Below, one piece after another: positions 6,615-14,227 of a stretch of DNA of 16,049 nt. Each line of letters opens with the position of its first letter. The stretch's first letter is position 1. The notes beneath the pieces were generated by a model. It searched no databases and was not told the origin of the DNA. It saw only the letters and a program-made list of their open reading frames with translations. Origin of the DNA: a virus. Its lineage: Duplodnaviria > Heunggongvirae > Uroviricota > Caudoviricetes. The stretch covers positions 1 to 16,049 of IMG/VR virus record IMGVR_UViG_2778261567_000016, one strand, 5' to 3'. A program made the translations under genes and the position numbers.

Positions 6615-7322
6615 ATGAATACCGCAATTTTTACCGATAAAGCATCCATGACCAGCGTTGAGATCGCAGAGCTGGTGGGTAAGCGACATGACAATGTGAA
6701 ACGCACTATTGAAACATTAGCCAAAGGTGGTGTTGTCCGGTCTCCTCAAATTGAGGTTTCCGAAAGAATCAATAACTTAGGGGTTAAAGTTCAACACGAG
6801 CATTATCTGTTTGAAGGCGAACAAGGCAAACGCGACAGCATCATTGTTGTCGCACAGCTTTGCCCTGAATTCACCGCCTGCCTGGTAGATCGCTGGCGTG
6901 AACTGGAAAAACAAATCCGCAAACCAATGAGCCAGATCGAAATGGTTGCTGCAATGGCGCTTGAAGCTGTTCGCCAACAAAGACGTCTTGAGCAGGTGGA
7001 AGAGAAAGTCACCTACGTTACTGAAACCGTCGAGCGAATCAAAAGAGGCACCATACGCGATGGTTATGCAGGCTACCGTCAGCTGGTAGCGAAAACGGGT
7101 ATGTCAGATGCGAAATGCCGCAATCTGGTGAACGCATATCAGATCCCTACCGACCCCCATGAGTTCATGAGGCCGGATGGATTGTTGTCTCGTCGCGCAA
7201 TTGTTGCTGTGGAACCGTTTATGGCTGCTTTTTATCGGGTTATGGAGGAAGCAGAACCGCGAGGGACTTGCTGGTATTACCCGAAAATGGGGGTATTTCA
7301 GGTTATTGGTTGGCAGAAATAA
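6615..7322 (+). CDS. Phage regulatory protein, Rha family, 235 aa
   Basis: N-terminal Rha-type motif (SVEIAELVGKRHDNVKRTIETL). Start set at the ATG preceded by AAGGAG SD (7-nt spacing). Confidence 0.7.
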   Translation: MNTAIFTDKASMTSVEIAELVGKRHDNVKRTIETLAKGGVVRSPQIEVSERINNLGVKVQHEHYLFEGEQGKRDSIIVVAQLCPEFTACLVDRWRELEKQIRKPMSQIEMVAAMALEAVRQQRRLEQVEEKVTYVTETVERIKRGTIRDGYAGYRQLVAKTGMSDAKCRNLVNAYQIPTDPHEFMRPDGLLSRRAIVAVEPFMAAFYRVMEEAEPRGTCWYYPKMGVFQVIGWQK

Positions 7323-7374
7323 GAAAGGCCGGCAGAGAAAACCGGCCAGTCGGGTTTATCGTCGGAGATATTAC

Positions 7375-8199
7375 GTGAAAAACAATATCAAAGTTTTCGA
7401 TTTTAAATCAAGCACTGGTGAATTGTTGTCATCAGTTCGTAGTGTGGTCATTGATTCAACACCATGGTTTTTTGCCGTGGATATATGTAACGCGCTGGGG
7501 CTGACAAATACTGCTATCTCCCTTCAGTCCATCGATGATGAAGATAAAACCGAATATAAGGATTACTTAGGTTCGGGACGTAAGCCTTTGCTGGTCAATG
7601 AATCCGGGCTCTATGCGCTGATTATCAAAAGTCGAAAAAAACAGGCAAGACGTTTTAAACGGTGGATTACATCGGAGGTAATTCCGTCAATTCGTAAAAC
7701 GGGGAATTACAGTCTTACCACAATGACATCCCTACCAGATTTTAGCGATCCGGCTGCTGCTGCCCGTGCCTGGGCGGATGAATATGAGGCTAAAAACAGA
7801 GCAATTAGTTACGTTCATCGTCAGGCCCAATACATCGAACATCTGGAAAATTTATTCCAGCCTGGCATGACACCGGTTCAGTTCTGCAAGCAACTTAATG
7901 GAGTAAATGTTCAGCGTATCACAGCATTTCTGGAGGCTCACAACTGGCTTTATGACGAGCGTCCTGAATCGCGAAGCCCCGCATGGCGTGTAAAGGCATA
8001 TGCCCGAGATCTGTATCTGACCGAACGTCACCACTATATCGATTCAGGTTATGAAGAAGGGTTTTATTCGTATACACCAGTTCTTCTCCAGAAAGGGGCG
8101 GTCTGGATTTATCGCCAGTATCTTAGAGGTGCATTACCCATGAAGAGAAACTGGAATGGCGAATTTACCCACGATAAAGAACTGGCGGGTGCTGCATGA
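7375..8199 (+). CDS. Bro-N / KilA-C type antirepressor-like protein, 274 aa (GTG start)
   Basis: Bro-N signature (FDFKSSTGELLSSVRSVVIDSTPWFFAVDICNALGLTNTAISLQSIDDEDK ... LYALIIKSRKKQARRFKRWITSEVIPSIRKTG) followed by a KilA-C/ANT-like C-terminus. GGAG SD 7 nt before GTG at 7375; the track's upstream extension overlaps the Rha gene. Confidence 0.8.
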   Translation: MKNNIKVFDFKSSTGELLSSVRSVVIDSTPWFFAVDICNALGLTNTAISLQSIDDEDKTEYKDYLGSGRKPLLVNESGLYALIIKSRKKQARRFKRWITSEVIPSIRKTGNYSLTTMTSLPDFSDPAAAARAWADEYEAKNRAISYVHRQAQYIEHLENLFQPGMTPVQFCKQLNGVNVQRITAFLEAHNWLYDERPESRSPAWRVKAYARDLYLTERHHYIDSGYEEGFYSYTPVLLQKGAVWIYRQYLRGALPMKRNWNGEFTHDKELAGAA

Positions 8200-8303
8200 T
8201 TGTTCTCCAAAATATTGATTCCTCAATTTCGGGACGTTACACTGTTCAGGCACCTTATAAAACGGGTGCCGGGATTGGCGTCCTGAAATTGATTACTGAG
8301 CAT

Positions 8304-8325
8304 AACCGCGCTCATGCGGTTTTTT
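8304..8325 (+). terminator. Candidate intrinsic terminator after the Bro gene
   Basis: AACCGC-GCTCAT-GCGGTT hairpin running into a T6 tract (8320-8325). Stem is short (6 bp including 2 A-U pairs). Confidence 0.35.
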
Positions 8326-8356
8326 CGTGTCATGAGCATTACTACGCCCAAATTAT

Positions 8357-8433
8357 GGTGGGGCGTACAGGGCCGACTTCGGTCGGGCCGGGTTCGGTAG
8401 TCTCCGGTAACGCCAACCCTGTACGTCTCACCA
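8357..8433 (+). ncRNA. Candidate structured RNA element (about 77 nt, GC-rich multi-hairpin)
   Basis: 16-bp closing helix: GGTGGGGCGTACAGGG (8357-8372) pairs with CCCTGTACGTCTCACC (8417-8432). The two DNA-level mismatches are G-U pairs on the plus-strand RNA only. Internal 5-bp hairpin CCGAC-UUCG-GUCGG (8373-8386). Lies between a terminator-like hairpin and the Rha-like ORF, in a stretch with doubtful coding character. Confidence 0.3.
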
Positions 8434-8495
8434 CCTCTGTGATTGGCGTCCCATGTGGTGAGTTTTCTAAAAAACTGACTACCGGGGCTGTCACT

Positions 8496-9059
8496 ATGAC
8501 TACTCTCCCAACCCTCTCTCAACCTGAAATTGCCATCGTTGATGGTCAGGCTGTTACATCTTCTTTGGCTGTTGCTGACTTTTTCTCTAAACGTCATGAC
8601 GATGTTCTGAAAAAGATCCGCATTTTGGATTGTTCTCCAGAGTTTTGTGCCCGCAATTTTGCGGAGACATCAATTTTGGTACGCCAGCCCAACGGCGGTA
8701 CTCGCAAACTACCTTGCTATCAAATAACCCGCGACGGCTTTGCGTTTCTTGCTATGGGCTTCACTGGTAAACGTGCTGCCCGGTTCAAAGAGGCATACAT
8801 CAATGCCTTTAACCAGATGGAGAAGAGTTTATCAGGTGCCGATGCGTCTGATATGTCAGCTGTCGCACGAAACGCCAGAGGCGTATACCTGCATTTGCGT
8901 GAAATCCATCAAATCTGGACAAGCCAGCTTTATCCAATGCTTAAGGCTGTTGAATCTCCGCTGGCCAGCAAACTGTACGACCGTGTAGGTGATGCTGTTT
9001 TTGGTGCTGCACTTGTTGATTCCAGGCTGAATGGTTCTGACAAGGAGGTGCGTCCATGA
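8496..9059 (+). CDS. Second Rha-family-like regulatory protein, 187 aa
   Basis: Rha-type motif (LAVADFFSKRHDDVLKKIRIL) begins about 25 residues after this ATG. Start uncertain: the ORF is open from 8196 (ATGA overlap with the Bro stop), but the upstream 100 codons are low-complexity and contain the structured element. Confidence 0.6.
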   Translation: MTTLPTLSQPEIAIVDGQAVTSSLAVADFFSKRHDDVLKKIRILDCSPEFCARNFAETSILVRQPNGGTRKLPCYQITRDGFAFLAMGFTGKRAARFKEAYINAFNQMEKSLSGADASDMSAVARNARGVYLHLREIHQIWTSQLYPMLKAVESPLASKLYDRVGDAVFGAALVDSRLNGSDKEVRP

Positions 9060-9280
9060 TCCGCCACATCGTTAATTTCCTGTATCACCGATACAACCAT
9101 TGCCCCCGTGTGGGGCAGTGGTTCACCACCAGCAACGGACACGTTCTGCGGGTTTGCCTGGTCAATACAGAAAGCCAGAAGGTTGTCTGCCAGGTTCAGG
9201 GACGTACTCATACCCTGAGTTATCCGCTGGTGGCGTTTCAGTCCGGAAAAATGTTTAAGCGTCTGGGAGGTGCCGTATGA
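9056..9280 (+). CDS. Hypothetical small protein, 74 aa
   Basis: ATG overlaps the stop of the upstream gene (ATGA), and its own stop overlaps the start of the replication initiator gene, a coupling pattern typical of phage early operons. Confidence 0.45.
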   Translation: MIRHIVNFLYHRYNHCPRVGQWFTTSNGHVLRVCLVNTESQKVVCQVQGRTHTLSYPLVAFQSGKMFKRLGGAV

Positions 9281-10188
9281 GTAGCAAAATCCTAGGTAAT
9301 GTCTGGGATGCATGTGCAGCATATGGCATCAAAGGTGCAAAACTGATGATTATGGCGCGCTTGGCGGATTATTCGAATGATGACGGGGTGTGCTACCCAG
9401 GTGTTGAAACCATATGCCGACAGCTTGGGTTGGGAGAAAGTACAGTCAGAACGGCAATCTCCGAACTGGAGGCTGATGGCTGGCTGACGCGTCAGTCACG
9501 CCGCAAAGGTAACCGTAATACGTCCAATCTTTATCATCTGAATGCTGATCGGCTTGAGCTGCTTGCCAGAACAGAGCGGGATAAGGTTGCAGAACTGAAA
9601 CAGCAGCGCAGACTTTCAGGATTACGTGACCCTTCAGATTCTGAACCTTCAAAATCTGAACCGTCAGAATCTGTATGTTCAGGTGTGTTTGACCCTTCAG
9701 ATTCTGGCAAAAATACGCGTTTGACCCTTCAGAATCTGACCCCAGATCCACAAGGTTTAAAACATGAACCACCAGTAAATTCAAAACATGAACCGCAAGA
9801 TATTGGCGCATCCGCTGACGCGTCTGCACCAGCGCGTTCTGCCAGACAGGAATATTCACCGGAATTTGAACAGGCCTGGCAGGAATATCCCAAACGTGCT
9901 GGTGGTAATTCCAAGTCAGCAGCCTTCAAAGCCTGGAAAGCCCGAATCAGGGAAGGTGTGACACCCGAAACCATGCTCAACGGTGTGAAACGCTATGCCG
10001 CCTGGGTGCGTGTCTCTGGAAATACCGGTACCCAGTTCGTGAAGCAGGCGTCGACGTTCTTTGGACCCGATCGTCATTTCGAGGAATCCTGGCAACAGCC
10101 AGCAGCCCCCGGAGGTGGGCGGGGCAAAAGCCTCCCGATCTCGGGATTCAGTGAACAGGACTACGGCTCAACGAACTTCAACTGGTGA
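9277..10188 (+). CDS. Replication initiator (lambda O-like; N-terminal winged-helix DNA-binding domain), 303 aa
   Basis: N-terminal HTH-like region (AKLMIMARLADYSNDDGVCYPGVETICRQLGLGESTVRTAISELEADGWLTRQ). Iteron repeats embedded in the coding sequence. Position immediately upstream of DnaC-like and DnaB-like genes. Confidence 0.7.
   Translation: MSSKILGNVWDACAAYGIKGAKLMIMARLADYSNDDGVCYPGVETICRQLGLGESTVRTAISELEADGWLTRQSRRKGNRNTSNLYHLNADRLELLARTERDKVAELKQQRRLSGLRDPSDSEPSKSEPSESVCSGVFDPSDSGKNTRLTLQNLTPDPQGLKHEPPVNSKHEPQDIGASADASAPARSARQEYSPEFEQAWQEYPKRAGGNSKSAAFKAWKARIREGVTPETMLNGVKRYAAWVRVSGNTGTQFVKQASTFFGPDRHFEESWQQPAAPGGGRGKSLPISGFSEQDYGSTNFNW
9627..9738 (+). repeat. Iteron array (putative phage origin) inside the initiator gene
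   Basis: 17-mer TGACCCTTCAGATTCTG at 9627-9643 and 9690-9706, variant TGACCCTTCAGAATCTG at 9722-9738, and two degenerate copies between them (ACCTTCAAAATCTG, CCGTCAGAATCTG). Core CAGA(A/T)TCTG has dyad symmetry. Followed by direct repeat AAAACATGAACC x2 (9768-9779, 9786-9797). Confidence 0.55.
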
Positions 10189-10207
10189 TTTTGTGGGGAG
10201 GGTGAAA

Positions 10208-11098
10208 ATGACTAATTTCCTGAACAAACAACACATGCAACACGACAAAGCGCAGTTACTTAACCGCAAGGCAGACCTGGAAGAGGAGCTGGCATTTGTC
10301 CGTGGCGGAAAGCGTCCGTGGCGCTGTGAGCATTGGGTGCAAAGCACTGAGACGGTGTCCTGCGGGAAACACGGAAAATACACGCGCTATGTGCTGACGG
10401 GCCCGGATGTAAGGGGGAAAGCTGTCAAACGGGTGTCCGGTTGCCTGTCCTGCCTCAGTGAGGAGCTGGACTGCGTGTATGACGAATTACGCGCTCTGAA
10501 GGTTCGTGAATTACTCGATCAGGCCGGTATTGCCCGCCGGTTCCAGGACTGTGAGTTTGAGAATTATCAGGCGGTGAATACTGACGCACAGAAAAACCTT
10601 GAAGCCTGTCAGCGCTATGCCGCTTCCTGGAAGAAATGTCTCGCTGCAGGCACCAGCATGGTCATGATTGGCAATTGTGGTACCGGTAAAAATCACTTGG
10701 CTGTATCAATGGCAAAAAATATTATTCGCCACCACCAGGCAACCATAGAAATCACGGATGTAATGCGGCTTACCCGTGCGGTGAAAAATACCTGGCGCCA
10801 CAACTCTGAGCGCACTGACGATGAAGTGATTAATCATTTTGCATCGCTGGATCTGCTTATCATCGATGAGGTTGGTGTGCAGTTCGGTACGCCTGCGGAG
10901 ATAACCATCCTGCAGGAAATCATAAATGCGCGTTACGAAAGCGTTTTACCGACAATTTTGATCAGCAACCTGACGTTTGAACAGCTTAAGGAATCCATTG
11001 GTGAACGGATTGTGGATCGCGTTACTGATGGTGGGCGTAACTGCCTGGTGTTTGGTTGGGAAAGCTACCGTGCGCATATCAGAGGTGTGGCAGCATGA
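10208..11098 (+). CDS. DnaC-like helicase loader (IstB-type AAA+ ATPase), 296 aa
   Basis: Walker A GNCGTGKNHLA and Walker B LLIIDEVG. N-terminal Cys cluster (C-x12-C ... C-x2-C). GGAGG SD before the ATG at 10208; stop overlaps the start of the helicase gene. Confidence 0.85.
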   Translation: MTNFLNKQHMQHDKAQLLNRKADLEEELAFVRGGKRPWRCEHWVQSTETVSCGKHGKYTRYVLTGPDVRGKAVKRVSGCLSCLSEELDCVYDELRALKVRELLDQAGIARRFQDCEFENYQAVNTDAQKNLEACQRYAASWKKCLAAGTSMVMIGNCGTGKNHLAVSMAKNIIRHHQATIEITDVMRLTRAVKNTWRHNSERTDDEVINHFASLDLLIIDEVGVQFGTPAEITILQEIINARYESVLPTILISNLTFEQLKESIGERIVDRVTDGGRNCLVFGWESYRAHIRGVAA

Positions 11099-12495
11099 CA
11101 AACCCGACAAATCCGGCGTGGCGTAATTATGACCTGGAAGGAGCTGTCATCGGTGCGTTTTTTCTGCGTGGGGCTGATCCGGAAGTGATGGATATTCTGG
11201 CCACATTGTCGGCGGACGTTTTTTCTGCACGACAGTACCGGGATATTTACGCGGGAATTTGCAGACAGGCCCGTGTATCCGGCGTCATTGACCCCGTACT
11301 GCTGTGCAATGAGATGCCGGAACTTGCCCCGGTGATTACCGACACCGGACGCAAAACCTGGGTGAAGTCTTCACTGGAGCACTATGTCGCAGCGTTGCGG
11401 CGTAATGCCGCACTGCGCGATGCAGAAAAAACACTGACTGAAGCATTACAGAATTTACGTGATGCGTATACCTGTGAAGCAGCCGAGGATGCCCTGAAGG
11501 ATGCGCAGAACATGATGGCCTCACTGTCGACCGGAAAGGGCGTCATTCAGCCGGTTCACATTGATGATGTCCTTCCGGAAGTGGTCGACCGTGTTGAATG
11601 CCGCAATCAGGGACTGGAGAAATCCAGGGCGCTGATGACCGGTATTGATGAACTGGACGCAAAAACGGGCGGTATGGAGCCAGGCGACCTGGTATTCATT
11701 GCGGCTCGTCCTTCGATGGGGAAAACCGAACTTGCGCTGGATATCATCGACAAGGTGACTGAGCAGGGGCATGGCGTGCTTCTGTTCACCATGGAGATGG
11801 CGAACATCCAGATTGGTGAACGTATGGTGTCTGCTGCAGGGGGAATGCCGGTATCCCGTCTTAAGTCTGTTGCCCGTTTTGAAGACGAAGACTGGGCACG
11901 TTTCTCACAGGGCGTGGGACGAATGACGGGGCGTAATATCTGGATGGTGGACCAGGCAAACCTGACCATTGATGAGATATGTGCAACCACGAGGCACCAC
12001 CGGATGAAACACCCGGAAACGGCGCTGGTGGTGGTCGATTACCTCGGCCTGATTAAAACCCGCAGCACGGGGCGTCACGACCTTGCTGTGGGGGAAATCT
12101 CAAAGGGACTTAAAAGCCTGGCAAAATCCGGCGGTTTTCCGCTGATTGCTCTGAGCCAGCTCTCCCGTGGCGTGGAATCCAGACCCAATAAACGCCCCAT
12201 GAACTCGGACCTGAAAAACTCAGGGGAAATAGAGGCGGATGCAGACATCATTCTGATGCTTTACAGGGATGAGGTGTACAACCCGGAGACACAGGCGAGA
12301 GGCATAGCTGAAATCAACATCACGAAACAGCGTAATGGCACGCTGGGTACCATTTACCGGCGTTTTCATAACGGGCATTTTCTGCCTGTGGACCAGGAGA
12401 GTGCCCGGGTTCTTTCCACTCCCATGACGCCGGGCAATCCGCGCAGATACAGCAATAACCGCATGTCGGGTAGTAAAACGGAGCGTTTATTTTGA
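11095..12495 (+). CDS. DnaB-family replicative helicase, 466 aa
   Basis: DnaB-type Walker A (IAARPSMGKTELALD), DYLGL and LSQLSRGVESRPNKRP motifs. ATGA overlap with the DnaC-like stop. Confidence 0.85.
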   Translation: MTNPTNPAWRNYDLEGAVIGAFFLRGADPEVMDILATLSADVFSARQYRDIYAGICRQARVSGVIDPVLLCNEMPELAPVITDTGRKTWVKSSLEHYVAALRRNAALRDAEKTLTEALQNLRDAYTCEAAEDALKDAQNMMASLSTGKGVIQPVHIDDVLPEVVDRVECRNQGLEKSRALMTGIDELDAKTGGMEPGDLVFIAARPSMGKTELALDIIDKVTEQGHGVLLFTMEMANIQIGERMVSAAGGMPVSRLKSVARFEDEDWARFSQGVGRMTGRNIWMVDQANLTIDEICATTRHHRMKHPETALVVVDYLGLIKTRSTGRHDLAVGEISKGLKSLAKSGGFPLIALSQLSRGVESRPNKRPMNSDLKNSGEIEADADIILMLYRDEVYNPETQARGIAEINITKQRNGTLGTIYRRFHNGHFLPVDQESARVLSTPMTPGNPRRYSNNRMSGSKTERLF

Positions 12496-12677
12496 ACAAC
12501 AGAACAACCACTGTTTCACCGGAACAACTTCGTCGGCAGGCGCAGGAGATGCTTCGTGATCTGCTGCAGGCAAAACATCGCACACAAAAGGCGGTGGATG
12601 AGCTGGTGGATTGCGTGGCGGAACTGGAAGGCCAGGTAAGCCAGTTTGAAACGCTGGTGAAAGAGTTTACTGCGTGA
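12492..12677 (+). CDS. Small hypothetical protein, 61 aa, predicted coiled coil
   Basis: Track ORF with TTG start overlapping the helicase stop; an alternative ATG lies at 12549. No clear SD for either, so weak. Confidence 0.3.
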   Translation: MNNRTTTVSPEQLRRQAQEMLRDLLQAKHRTQKAVDELVDCVAELEGQVSQFETLVKEFTA

Positions 12678-12723
12678 TGGCTGAATTTTTTTCTCCTGCG
12701 TTCATGCAATACCGTTCGCTGAG

Positions 12724-13719
12724 GTGACCGTGAGAGCACTGCTGACCCCTGAAATTGCCCCGCGTATGGGGATCGTCTTGTTCAGACCCGGTTCAGAGCT
12801 GATGCCCCTGTTTATGCAGGGGCGTGTCCTGCTGGAGCCAGAGCCGGAACGTTATTCATCTTTTGCCAGTGGTGCCGTTCCGGCAGCATCACAACCGCTG
12901 GCGGATGATCCTGCCGTTCGGGCCGTGTTCCGCCATGAGGCGGTGATCCGTCGTGCTGGTGGCGTGGAATGCCTTGAGAGCTGGTTACTTCGTGAAAAAG
13001 GCTGCCAGTGGCCTCATTCCGGATGGCACAGCGAGAACATGACCACAATGCGACACGCGCCGGGCGCAATCCGTCTGTGCTGGCACTGCGATAACCTGCT
13101 TCGCGATCAGTTCACGGAACGTCTGGAGTCAATGGCAACGGATAACTGTGCCCGCTGGGTGTTGTCCGTAGTCCGTCGTGATCTCGGTTTTGATGACAGT
13201 CACGTTGTGACAATGCCGGAACTGTGCTGGTGGCTGGTTCGTAATGACCTGGCGGATGCCTTACCGGAAAGTGCAGCCCGTAAGGCCCTGAGATTACCGA
13301 AGCCTGTTTTGGCGTCTGTCACCCGGGAGAGTGACCTTGTGCCTTCGGTTCCTGCCACCAGCATTATCCAGGATAAAGCGAAAAAGGTGCTGGCGCTGAA
13401 AGTGGATCCGGAGTCGCCGGAGTCTTTTATGTTACGCCCCAAACGTCGTCGCTGGGTTAATGAAAAGTACACGTGCTGGGTTAAGACGCAGCCGTGTGCA
13501 TGTTGTGGTAAGCCAGCCGACGATCCGCATCACCTGATTGGTCATGGTCAGGGTGGAATGGGTACAAAAGCGCATGACCTTTTTGTGTTGTCTTTGTGCA
13601 GAAAACACCATGACGAACTGCATGCGGATACCGTGGCATTTGAAGAGAAGTATGGTTCCCAGCTGGAGCTGATATTTCGTTTTATCGATCGCGCGCTGGC
13701 GATTGGTGTGCTGTCCTGA
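12724..13719 (+). CDS. DUF968 / YdfU-like prophage protein with C-terminal Cys/His-rich (HNH-like) motif, 331 aa
   Basis: C-terminal [50 protein letters not shown]. Sits immediately upstream of the Q-type antiterminator, as the equivalent gene does in E. coli lambdoid prophages (recalled, not searched). Start codon (GTG at 12724) uncertain. Confidence 0.55.
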   Translation: MTVRALLTPEIAPRMGIVLFRPGSELMPLFMQGRVLLEPEPERYSSFASGAVPAASQPLADDPAVRAVFRHEAVIRRAGGVECLESWLLREKGCQWPHSGWHSENMTTMRHAPGAIRLCWHCDNLLRDQFTERLESMATDNCARWVLSVVRRDLGFDDSHVVTMPELCWWLVRNDLADALPESAARKALRLPKPVLASVTRESDLVPSVPATSIIQDKAKKVLALKVDPESPESFMLRPKRRRWVNEKYTCWVKTQPCACCGKPADDPHHLIGHGQGGMGTKAHDLFVLSLCRKHHDELHADTVAFEEKYGSQLELIFRFIDRALAIGVLS

Positions 13720-13736
13720 TTTTGTGGAGAAAGTTG

Positions 13737-14120
13737 ATGCGTGATATTCAGATGGTTCTCGAACGCTGGGGAGCATGGGTTGCAAACAATCATGAGGATG
13801 TGACTTGGTCACCGATTGCTGCTGGATTTAAAGGACTAATCCCTTCAAAAGTTAAGTCTCGTCCGCAATGTTGCGACGATGACGCGATGATCGTTTGTGG
13901 ATGCATGGCCCGCTTGAAAAAAAACAACAGTGATTTGCATGATTTATTGGTGGATTATTATGTCATTGGAATGACTTTTATGAGTCTGGCGCGTAAGCAT
14001 AGATGCTCTGACACCTGCATTGGTAAACGTCTTCAGAAAGCCGAAGGGGTGATTGATGGTATTTTGATGATGCTTGATATCCGGCTGGAGATGGACAGAT
14101 ATGTAGAACGAATTATGTAG
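13737..14120 (+). CDS. Late-gene antiterminator Q-like protein, 127 aa
   Basis: Sequence ([24 protein letters not shown] ... [40 protein letters not shown]) matches my recollection of the phage-82/Qin-type Q family. GGAG SD 7 nt before the ATG. Followed at once by a strong promoter. Confidence 0.65.
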   Translation: MRDIQMVLERWGAWVANNHEDVTWSPIAAGFKGLIPSKVKSRPQCCDDDAMIVCGCMARLKKNNSDLHDLLVDYYVIGMTFMSLARKHRCSDTCIGKRLQKAEGVIDGILMMLDIRLEMDRYVERIM

Positions 14121-14124
14121 GTGC

Positions 14125-14154
14125 TTGACTAGATACATTGTCCGGGTCTATATT
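14125..14154 (+). promoter_or_regulatory. pR'-like late promoter (probable Q-utilisation region)
   Basis: -35 TTGACT (14125-14130), 18-bp spacer, -10 TATATT (14149-14154), beginning 5 bp after the Q stop codon. Confidence 0.55.
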
Positions 14155-14227
14155 CCCACACATTAGAAATATTTGCGTCGGAATTGGAACACCGGACATG
14201 TAAGTTGGGTGTTGTTTATAGTCTAAT

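Noticed and set aside
7327..7347. GGCCGG-N9-CCGGCC hairpin after the Rha gene, considered as a terminator
   Set aside because: Followed only by a broken T-rich stretch (GTTTAT); too weak to call.
8357..8433. tRNA gene hypothesis for the structured element
   Set aside because: A 16-bp closing helix, no 7-bp acceptor stem with free 3' end, and no T-loop consensus; not a cloverleaf.
8223..8597. 124-aa minus-strand ORF across the Bro/Rha-like junction
   Set aside because: Antisense, no SD, Arg/Ser-rich low-complexity translation.
9446..9980. Minus-strand ORFs (137 aa and 83 aa) inside the replication initiator gene
   Set aside because: Antisense to a motif-supported gene; they partly reflect the iteron repeats read backwards.
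11336..11990. Minus-strand ORFs (62, 83 and 127 aa) inside the DnaB-like gene
   Set aside because: Antisense to a helicase ORF with clear DnaB motifs.
12812..13812. Several minus-strand ORFs (81-126 aa) inside the DUF968-like gene
   Set aside because: Antisense, mutually overlapping in different frames, no translation signals.
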